Below, one piece after another: positions 57,108-64,000 of a stretch of DNA of 64,000 nt (positions are counted from its first letter, which is position 1; each line of letters opens with the position of its first letter). Below the pieces are notes generated by a model. It was not told where the DNA came from. It worked only from the letters and a program-made list of their open reading frames with translations, and searched no databases. The DNA is taken from assembly GCA_037927135.1 (NCBI GenBank), contig JAXSPP010000002.1, positions 96,001 to 160,000 on the forward strand, read 5' to 3'. The position numbers were made by a program, and so were the translations under genes. The stretch is from Candidatus Pampinifervens sinense. Its GTDB lineage: Bacteria > Aquificota > Aquificia > Aquificales > Aquificaceae.

Positions 57108-59183
57108 TCACCTCCCTTTGATTGAATATAATCCTAAAAGCAAAGTAGCACCGTTGTTTATAAGGGTTGAGACCGATGGGCCAATAAGCCCAAGGGCAGA
57201 ACCCAAAAGGCCAGCAGTGTTTATAAGGTTGTTCAGTCTATAGACTCTTTTAAGCCTTTCCATAGTCTCTTGGGCTATATCCACCATATCCAGTAGGTGC
57301 CAAAGGCTATCTCCTATAACAATGTCTGCCACCTCTATGGCTATGTCTGTGCCACTCCTTAGAGATATACCCACGTCTGCAGAGGTCAAAGCGGGAGAAT
57401 CGTTCACACCATCACCCACAAAGGCCACAACGCTGCCTTGACTTTTAAGCTTCTCCACCACCTTTGCCTTCTCCGCAGGAAAGACCCTTGCATAAAACTC
57501 CTCTATGCCCAGCTCCCTTGCAATGTAGCTTGCAATGCCTTCGTTGTCTCCAGTGCAAAGCACCACCCTTTTACCCCTCCTTTTTAGCTCAGCCACCACA
57601 TCCTTTGCCTCTTCTCTAAGAGGGTCCCTAAAGGTAAGAAGGCCCACTATCCTTTTGTCTTTTACAAGGTATAGAACGGACTTTGCCTCCGAGTGGAACT
57701 TATCTACAAGGCCTTTTATCTCTTGGCTTATCCTTATCCTTTTGCTCTGCATAAAGCGAGTGCTTCCAAGCATAAACTTCTGTCCCTCAATTTCTCCCTC
57801 AATTCCAAGGCCTATGTGGTATTTGGAGTTTTCCCTTGGCAAAAGTCTGAGGCCCCTTTCCTCCGCCAGCCTAACTATGGCCCTTGCCACAGGGTGGGTG
57901 ATCCTTTGCTCCAAAGAGGCAGAGTAAAGAAGCACCTACTCTTCCGACATTTCTAATCCTACCACATCCTCCACCTTGGGATGGCCCACCGTTAGGGTAC
58001 CCGTCTTGTCCATCACAAAGGTATCCACCTTTGAAAGGATTTCTAGCTTTCCACCGCTCTTTATGAGTATGCCATGGGTTGAGGCCTTGGCTATTCCAGA
58101 CAGCACGTTTAGAGGGGTGGTAAGGTGTATGCCCGTGTGGTAGTCTATTATAAGGGTGGAGGTAAGCCTTCCTATGTTTCCGCTAAGTGTGTAAGACAAG
58201 AGGCCCACTCCTATGGTGGGCAATACCATCCTGTTTGCCCACTCTTCCGCCATCCTTTGCACCCTTATGGGTTCTTTTATGCTCTCTTCTACAATCTTTG
58301 CGATCTTTGCCACAACCGTGTTTTCTCCCACCTCTTCCACTCTTACATAGAGCTTTCCATCCTCCACAAAGGTGCCCGCATAGACCTTGTCTCCCACCTT
58401 TTTATGCACAGGATTTGACTCTCCCGTGAGGCTTGCCTGATTTACCAAGGCATCGCCCTCTTCCACCACGCCGTCCACCGGTATCTTTTCACCCGCATAC
58501 ACTACAATAAGCTCTCCCTTTTTTAGGTCCAGGGCCTTCACCCTTATGGCTTGGCCGTTGCCCACCACAAGCCATGCCATATCCTCCTTGTAAGAGAAAA
58601 GCCTTTCAATCTTTTCATAGGCCTTTCTTTCTACCCTTTCGGAAAGGTAGTCTCCAAGAGCAAGCAAGAAGACCATAGTATGAGCAGAGAGGGGACTTCC
58701 CGTAAGGCTTGCCAACACTATGGCAGAAGAGTCAAGGAAATGGACATCAAGCCTTCTTTCTCTTAGAGAACTTAAAGCCTTGTCAAAGATGGGCTTGGAA
58801 AGAAGTAAGGTCATGCCGGCCAGCAATGGGTTTGGAAGGATGCTTCTAAAAAGGTAAGGGATAAAGCCAAAAGAGGTAAGCACAAGCCACCTTAAAGCTC
58901 CCTTTTCTTCCTTTTGCACCTTTGGCTTTTCCCTTGAGAGGTCCTCAAGGAACATATCCCTTGGCGTGTTTTCTATGTGGTTTAAAAACTCTATTAGGTC
59001 AAAGCTGTCTGGGTCATACTCAAGGGTGAGCCTTCCCGATGCTTTGGAGTATTTTACCCTCTTTACTCCGCCAAACCTTGAAAAGTAGGACCTTAGAGTT
59101 TCTTCCGGATGGTGAAGGTATTGGAAAAGGTAAGAAGTTAGCCTTATCCTTCCCGGCGATAGCCTCTCTATCTTGTAGCTCAT
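57108..59183 (-). pseudogene. FezB-like P1B-type ATPase interrupted by a single in-frame TAG (57936-57938)
   Basis: Two abutting same-frame ORFs; PGRIRL, LTGES, DYHTGIHL, DKTGTLT | THP, TGDN, GDGVND, NNGAT. Confidence 0.85.
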
Positions 59184-59386
59184 TGTCCTTCCGTCTTTTC
59201 TTCCTTTAGCTTTAGCTCAAGGGCCTTTACCATGGCTTCAATCTCTCTTTGAGTCTCCTCAAGCCTCTTCCTTTCCCTTGCCCTGTCAAGCATATAAAGG
59301 GCAAGCACTCCAAGGCCAAAGCCAAGGGCAAAGCTAAAAGGACCAGAACATACCATCCTACCAAGTATGGACCCTATTTGGTTCAT
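59180..59386 (-). CDS. Small GxxxG membrane protein with coiled coil (FezA-like)
   Basis: FALGFGLGVLAL TM; AGGAGGTG SD; ATGA overlap with the ATPase. Confidence 0.7.
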   Translation of the reverse strand: MNQIGSILGRMVCSGPFSFALGFGLGVLALYMLDRARERKRLEETQREIEAMVKALELKLKEEKTEGQ

Positions 59387-59398
59387 CCTTTCACCTCC

Positions 59399-59713
59399 TT
59401 ACAGTCTTTCCTTTATTCTTTGCAATATCTCCTGCTGTTTTTGAAGTATCTCCAGCTTTTTCTCCACCTCAAGCCTGTAGAGGTGCTTGGCCTCTGAAAC
59501 CACATCCTCCCAAAACTCCTTACCCTCCTCCAGATTTCCTGTGAGCCACTGCTGGAAGGCTATAACTTCCTTGGTAGCAGATACAAGTAGTGGCCTTGCA
59601 TCCTTCATTACCTTGCTGAGGACCACAAGGCCCGCAAGGGCACCAAAGCCGTATAGCATCATGTTGGTGGAGAGGCATCCACCTATGGTAGTAGGAAGGC
59701 TAAAATTTAGCAT
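59399..59713 (-). CDS. DUF5132/DUF1490(PacL)-like GxxxG membrane protein
   Basis: FGALAGL TM, ARPLLV, EDVVSEAK; AGGAGGT SD. Confidence 0.7.
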   Translation of the reverse strand: MLNFSLPTTIGGCLSTNMMLYGFGALAGLVVLSKVMKDARPLLVSATKEVIAFQQWLTGNLEEGKEFWEDVVSEAKHLYRLEVEKKLEILQKQQEILQRIKERL

Positions 59714-59726
59714 CACCTTTACCTCC

Positions 59727-60098
59727 TTATAGCTTGGTTTTCAAATAAGGGACCAAAAGCATACTGCAAAGAGCAAAGGAGATAAGGCCCGCACCCCAGC
59801 CAAGGAAGGCAAGGCTCACAACAAGCTTTACTCCAGGATGTTTTAGAAGATGCTGAAGGTAGAAGTGTATATCTTCCTTCTCCAGCCTTTGAACCGGTTT
59901 GTACTTTATGTTCTCAACAAGGTAGTGGAAAAAGCTTCCTTCCTTGAACCTTACAAGGAGGGTCCTCGTGTTCTCTTTGTATTCTACCCCCAAAACCCCC
60001 TCCATCCCGCCCATGCCACGCAAGAAAAGGTCCTTCTCCTCCACGCTTGAAAAATAGAGCCTCGCTTCACCCTTTCTCAGAGATACATACTCAATCAT
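59727..60098 (-). CDS. HMA2-like domain protein with C-terminal GxxxG TM (FezC-like)
   Basis: GEARL...EGVLGVEYKENTRTLLVRF parallels the ATPase N-domain GRIRL...GVKRVKYSKASGRLTLEYD; GWGAG in TM. Confidence 0.65.
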   Translation of the reverse strand: MIEYVSLRKGEARLYFSSVEEKDLFLRGMGGMEGVLGVEYKENTRTLLVRFKEGSFFHYLVENIKYKPVQRLEKEDIHFYLQHLLKHPGVKLVVSLAFLGWGAGLISFALCSMLLVPYLKTKL

Positions 60099-60106
60099 CG
60101 GCAAAC

Positions 60107-60139
60107 ATTTTAGCAAGCTATTGTTAAGATTTGGTTAAG
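60107..60139 (-). promoter_or_regulatory. Pho-box-like promoter 3 for the fez-like operon
   Basis: Minus strand CTTAACCAAAT/CTTAACAATAG then TGc-TAAAAT (60112-60107); ATG 8 nt later. Confidence 0.75.
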
Positions 60140-60174
60140 AAGAGTTGTGTTATAATTACTTAACCTGTGAAGCC

Positions 60175-61035
60175 ATGCCAACGCTCTTTAGAAAGATAAA
60201 GGAGATAAGGAACTACATAAGGTCTGTCAAGTGTGAAAATAAGCATACTATAGGCTTTGTGCCCACCATGGGCTATCTGCACGAAGGCCACAGAGAACTG
60301 ATAAAAAGGTCAAAGATTCAAAATGATATTACCATTGTGAGTATATACGTAAATCCACTTCAGTTCGGTGAAGGTGAAGACTTTGATAGATACCCAAGGG
60401 ACCTAGAAAGGGACATGAGCATATGCGAAGAAGAAGGCGTAGATGTGGTCTTTGCACCCCTTGACGAGGAGATGTACCCAGAAAAGCCCCTCATAAACAT
60501 AGAGATAAAAGGCCTCACAGACATACTGGAGGGAAAGTTTAGACCGGGACACTTTAACGGCGTTTGCACAGTAGTTCTTAAGCTCTTCAACATAATACAG
60601 CCAGACAGGGCCTACTTTGGTGAAAAGGACTACCAACAGCTAAAGGTAGTAGAAAGGCTTGTAAAGGACCTTAGCATCCCCGTAGAGATAGTGCCAGTGC
60701 CTACGGTAAGAGACAAGGATGGCCTTGCCCTTAGCTCAAGGAATACATACCTAAGGCCAGAGGAAAGAGAATCTGCCCTCTCTCTATATAGGTCCTTTTT
60801 GCTTGCGGAAAAGCTCCTTAGAAACGGAAACAAGGATGCCCAGACTCTTAAGGAAGCTATCAGAGAGTTTATAACAAGGCATCCACATGTGAGAAAGATT
60901 GATTATGTGGAGATAACCGATGAGAATCTTAGGCCCGTGCAAGAGGTGAAGGAAGGTGATAGAATACTCCTTGCAGTGTGGGTTGGGAACACAAGGCTCA
61001 TAGACAACTGGAGGATAGGAGATGCAGAACTTTGA
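60175..61035 (+). CDS. panC: Pantoate-beta-alanine ligase
   Basis: [45 protein letters not shown]. Confidence 0.97.
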   Translation: MPTLFRKIKEIRNYIRSVKCENKHTIGFVPTMGYLHEGHRELIKRSKIQNDITIVSIYVNPLQFGEGEDFDRYPRDLERDMSICEEEGVDVVFAPLDEEMYPEKPLINIEIKGLTDILEGKFRPGHFNGVCTVVLKLFNIIQPDRAYFGEKDYQQLKVVERLVKDLSIPVEIVPVPTVRDKDGLALSSRNTYLRPEERESALSLYRSFLLAEKLLRNGNKDAQTLKEAIREFITRHPHVRKIDYVEITDENLRPVQEVKEGDRILLAVWVGNTRLIDNWRIGDAEL

Positions 61036-61483
61036 AGGCCTTTTAAAGGCGGAAGGTTTTAGCTTTGGTATAGTTGCCAGCAGGTTCAACCACCTTCTTG
61101 TAGACAGGCTAATAGAGGGTGCCATAGATTGCCTTGTAAGACATGGAGCTTCAAAGGAGAACATCTATCTTGTAAGAGTGCCGGGATCTTGGGAGCTTCC
61201 TCTTGCGGTAAAGGAGCTCATAAACAGAAGAAAGGTGGACGGAGTGGTGGCCCTTGGCGTTCTCATAAGAGGGCAAACCCCCCACTTTGATTACATAGCC
61301 AGTGAGGTGGCAAAGGGTTTGGCCTTGGTAAGCTTGGAGACGGGCAAACCGGTTAGCTTTGGAGTCATAACGGCAGACACCCTTGAACAAGCCATAGAGA
61401 GGGCTGGAACAAAGCAAGGAAACAAGGGCTGGGAAGCAGCCCTTTCTGTTATTGAAATGGTAAATCTTTTGAGAAGCCTTTAA
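61022..61483 (+). CDS. ribH: 6,7-dimethyl-8-ribityllumazine synthase
   Basis: [26 protein letters not shown]. Confidence 0.97.
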   Translation: MQNFEGLLKAEGFSFGIVASRFNHLLVDRLIEGAIDCLVRHGASKENIYLVRVPGSWELPLAVKELINRRKVDGVVALGVLIRGQTPHFDYIASEVAKGLALVSLETGKPVSFGVITADTLEQAIERAGTKQGNKGWEAALSVIEMVNLLRSL

Positions 61484-61902
61484 TGATATACAAACCTCAG
61501 GCAAGGAAGGACGCTTTTTTAGTCCTATATCAGTGGGACATGAAAGGAGAGCCTTTAGAATCCCTTGTAGAGGAATACATAGCTTTAAACCGTATAACTC
61601 TGCAGGACAGAAGAAGGTACATGAGAAAGCTGGTAAGAACCTATATGGAAAACTCGGTAGAAATAGACAAGCTGATTGCAGAGCTTTCAGAAAAATGGGA
61701 CATAGACAGGGTGGGCTTTATAGAGAGAAATATACTTAGAATAGCCTTAGCGGAACTATTATACATATCTTCCAAAAATCACAAACTTATCGTTTCTGAT
61801 TATGTAAAACTTGCTCAAAAGTACGCTGGCAAAAGCTGTGCAAAATTTGTAAATGGAATACTTGGAAGGGTATTAAGAGATAAGTTAGGCATTCAAGATT
61901 AG
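61483..61902 (+). CDS. nusB: Transcription antitermination factor NusB
   Basis: AR..A...LYQ, WDIDR, RNILR, FVNGIL; ribH-nusB synteny. Confidence 0.93.
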   Translation: MIYKPQARKDAFLVLYQWDMKGEPLESLVEEYIALNRITLQDRRRYMRKLVRTYMENSVEIDKLIAELSEKWDIDRVGFIERNILRIALAELLYISSKNHKLIVSDYVKLAQKYAGKSCAKFVNGILGRVLRDKLGIQD

Positions 61903-62096
61903 GTCTTTTCTTCCTCTTTTACCTCTTGGCCTTTCACCTCCTTTACCTTCTCCTCTTCTCCAGAGAGAGCTTTCTTGAAGTTCCTTATGCCCTCGCCCAA
62001 AGCCTTACCTACTTCTGGAAGTCTGCTTGCACCAAATATAAGCAGGACTATAAGCAGAATTATGAGTATTTCAGTAAAGGAAAAATGGGGTATCAT
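61899..62096 (-). CDS. tatA: Twin-arginine translocase TatA
   Basis: [25 protein letters not shown]. Confidence 0.93.
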   Translation of the reverse strand: MIPHFSFTEILIILLIVLLIFGASRLPEVGKALGEGIRNFKKALSGEEEKVKEVKGQEVKEEEKT

Positions 62097-62269
62097 GCCT
62101 GCTCCTTTTTCTCTACCTTCTTTTCCTCCTCTTCTCCAGAGAGGGCCTTTTTGAAGTTCCTTATACCCTCACCAAGGCCTCTGCCAAATTCTGGAAGCTT
62201 GTTTGCTCCAAAGATTATAAGCACCACCAGAAGTATAAGCACCAATTGCCAAGGCAATGGGAAATGCAT
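62093..62269 (-). CDS. tatA: Twin-arginine translocase TatA, second copy (58 aa, absent from ORF track)
   Basis: Manual translation [65 protein letters not shown]. Confidence 0.92.
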   Translation of the reverse strand: MHFPLPWQLVLILLVVLIIFGANKLPEFGRGLGEGIRNFKKALSGEEEEKKVEKKEQA

Positions 62270-62305
62270 GTTCCACCTCCTTGTAATAAATTATAGCCCG
62301 CTCCC

Positions 62306-62334
62306 TTGACACAGGCAAGGCTTTGGACTATGAT
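62306..62334 (+). promoter_or_regulatory. sigma70 promoter for the cold-shock gene
   Basis: TTGACA-17 bp-TATGAT. Confidence 0.8.
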
Positions 62335-62341
62335 TATAAAT

Positions 62342-62389
62342 GAGCAAGTAAGGAAAGGGAGGGTTTTTTCCACCTTTCTTGACTTGCTC
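62342..62389 (+). promoter_or_regulatory. Long 5'UTR hairpin of the csp mRNA
   Basis: GAGCAAGT/ACTTGCTC plus AGGAAAGG/CCTTTCTT stems. Confidence 0.6.
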
Positions 62390-62417
62390 CGCAACAACTT
62401 TTAGGAGGTATGGTTCC

Positions 62418-62627
62418 ATGCTTTTCACAGGCACAGTAAAATGGTTTAGCAAGGAAAAGGGTTATGGTTTTATAACCCGCGATGACAATCAGGGAGATGT
62501 GTTCGTTCATTACTCCGCCATACAGCAAAAGGGCTTCAAAACGCTTAAACAGGGACAGAGGGTTCAGTTTGAGATAGAGGAGGATGTAAAAGGACCAAGG
62601 GCAAAGAACGTAAAGGTGATTTCCTAG
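62418..62627 (+). CDS. Cold-shock protein (CspA family)
   Basis: GTVKWF, KGYGFI (RNP1), DVFVHYS (RNP2); AGGAGG SD. Confidence 0.95.
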   Translation: MLFTGTVKWFSKEKGYGFITRDDNQGDVFVHYSAIQQKGFKTLKQGQRVQFEIEEDVKGPRAKNVKVIS

Positions 62628-62661
62628 GCGCTGGCCCCCAAGGGGGCTATAATTAATCTTT

Positions 62662-63894
62662 ATGCGCCTTTATGACATCTATAAGGGTAAGGACTATCAT
62701 ATAGTTCCTACTTTAGAGAGGATAGAAAGGGCTGTAGACTACCTTGGCATAAGGCCCTCTTACGTATCCATTCAGGTGGGTGGCACCAACGGGAAGGGTT
62801 CTACCTGCGCTTTCATAAACAGCTTGCTTGAGCACCATGGCTACAAGGTGGGCTGGTTTATCTCTCCCCATCTTTTTGACGAAAGGGAAAGGTGGAGGAT
62901 AAACGGCCAGAAGATAAAAGAAGAAAGGTTAAGTGGGCTGATTGAGGATCTAAAGGAAATATTTGGAAGGTTTGAGCTTACCTACTTTGAGGCATGCACC
63001 CTTTTGGCCCTAAAGTACTTTGAAGAGGAAGGTGTTGATTTTGCGGTCTTTGAAGTAGGCATGGGTGGAAGGTGGGATGCCACAAAGGTATGCATGCCAG
63101 AGGTATGTGTAATTACCAACATACAAAGGGACCATACAAAATGGCTGGGAGCGGACTGTGAAAGTAGGGCTGTGGAAAAGCTAGGAATATACAGAAGGGG
63201 AAAGCCCTTGGTCCTTGGAAGCATGAGATACCCGCTCTATCCTAAGGCCTTAGAACTCTGTCAAGAGGAGGACCTTTATGTGGCTGGCATTGACTTTTTC
63301 TGCTATGGAAAGGTGGAAGGGCTAAGCACCTTTATGGAGTTCTACAAAGATGATTCTATGGAGATAAGAAATGTGGAGCTTGGCCTTTGGGGAAGGTATC
63401 AGGTGGACAATGCCAGCCTCGCCCTAAAGGCTACAGGCCTTTTGATAAAGCTTGAGGAAGGAAAGGTGAGGGAAGCCTTGAAGAACACAAGGTGGGAGGG
63501 GAGGATGGAGATAGTAAGAAGGAGGCCTCTTCTTGTGTTGGATGGGGCCCACAACCCTGATGGTGTGGCAAGGGTTGTAAAGGAGGTAAAAAGACACCTC
63601 GGAGGGCTCACACCTATCTTCACAGCCCTCAAGGACAAGGAATGGGACCTATCTTTAAAATACCTCAGAGAGCTCTCCGACAAGCTATACCTCGTGCCTA
63701 TAAGACATCACAGGATGGAGGACATGCAAAAGGTCTATCTGAAGGCTAAGGAATTGGGCTTTAAAGAGGTTTATCTTCTTGAAGGCTCTGAAGAGGTTTT
63801 TCAGATCCAAGAGGATGTCATAGTCCTTGGGTCCTTGTATTTAGTGGGAGAAGTAAAAGAGGTGCTTGAAAGGACAAGGGCCCATGAAGGTTAA
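62662..63894 (+). CDS. folC: Folylpolyglutamate/dihydrofolate synthase
   Basis: GTNGKGS, SPHL, TYFE, EVGMGGRWDAT, WEGR, LDGAHN, GSLYLVG. Confidence 0.95.
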   Translation: MRLYDIYKGKDYHIVPTLERIERAVDYLGIRPSYVSIQVGGTNGKGSTCAFINSLLEHHGYKVGWFISPHLFDERERWRINGQKIKEERLSGLIEDLKEIFGRFELTYFEACTLLALKYFEEEGVDFAVFEVGMGGRWDATKVCMPEVCVITNIQRDHTKWLGADCESRAVEKLGIYRRGKPLVLGSMRYPLYPKALELCQEEDLYVAGIDFFCYGKVEGLSTFMEFYKDDSMEIRNVELGLWGRYQVDNASLALKATGLLIKLEEGKVREALKNTRWEGRMEIVRRRPLLVLDGAHNPDGVARVVKEVKRHLGGLTPIFTALKDKEWDLSLKYLRELSDKLYLVPIRHHRMEDMQKVYLKAKELGFKEVYLLEGSEEVFQIQEDVIVLGSLYLVGEVKEVLERTRAHEG

Positions 63895-64000
63895 GTTTGT
63901 GGGAAGCTTTAAAAGAGATTTCCCAAAGGATGAAAAGAGACATGTGGTCTTTGCGGGAAGGTCCAACGTGGGCAAATCTTCCCTCATCAACATGGTGGTA
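63884..64000 (+). CDS. engB: Ribosome biogenesis GTPase YihA/YsxC, truncated by window edge
   Basis: MKVKFVGS...VVFAGRSNVGKSSLIN. Confidence 0.88.
   Translation, partial: MKVKFVGSFKRDFPKDEKRHVVFAGRSNVGKSSLINMVV

Noticed and set aside
57936-57938. Pyrrolysine or selenocysteine recoding of the ATPase stop
   Set aside because: Codon is TAG at a non-catalytic position in a Glu run; no pyl genes in the window; a GAG>TAG change is simpler.
62632-62649. GC hairpin after the csp gene as an intrinsic terminator
   Set aside because: Hairpin is present but lacks a U-tract and abuts the folC -10; function uncertain.

Overview
64-kb window of a gene-dense thermophile chromosome. Gene content (BpsA, A2-type cytochrome c oxidase, PycB/OadA-type carboxylase, DUF29/DUF1640 proteins, CRISPR repeat type) points to Aquificaceae (Hydrogenobacter/Thermocrinis-like); this assignment is an inference. 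Most of the window is housekeeping: a liv-type ABC transporter, uvrA, nth, mtnP, rsmA, speE, kdsB, lpxC, hemD, hisZ, pyrG, thiL, glyA, guaA, a cox operon, bpsA, tRNA-Glu, gyrB, rsmI, bioA, acsA, thiC, panC, ribH, nusB, two tatA, csp, folC and engB. Two regions stand out. (1) 51951-60139: three promoters share an 11-bp-period direct repeat (CTTAACCAAAT) at identical spacing to the -10, resembling a PhoB/SphR-type box. They drive a DUF2334 / PHP-GT4 fusion / GT4 operon, a 68-aa orphan, and a convergent 7-gene ferrosome(fez)-like operon. That operon has HMA2 and GxxxG membrane proteins, an SCP2-like lipid carrier, and a FezB-like P1B-ATPase with a Cys-free DYHTG motif and one in-frame TAG. Together these suggest a co-regulated lipid-remodelling plus membrane-compartment system. 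(2) 16136-17335: an accessory islet with a thioredoxin-fold gene remnant, a DUF29 gene, and an orphan one-spacer CRISPR mini-array with leader and consensus promoter. Many genes have a -10 hexamer 6-8 nt before the start codon and no SD, suggesting leaderless mRNAs. All calls come from motif recognition; no searches were run.
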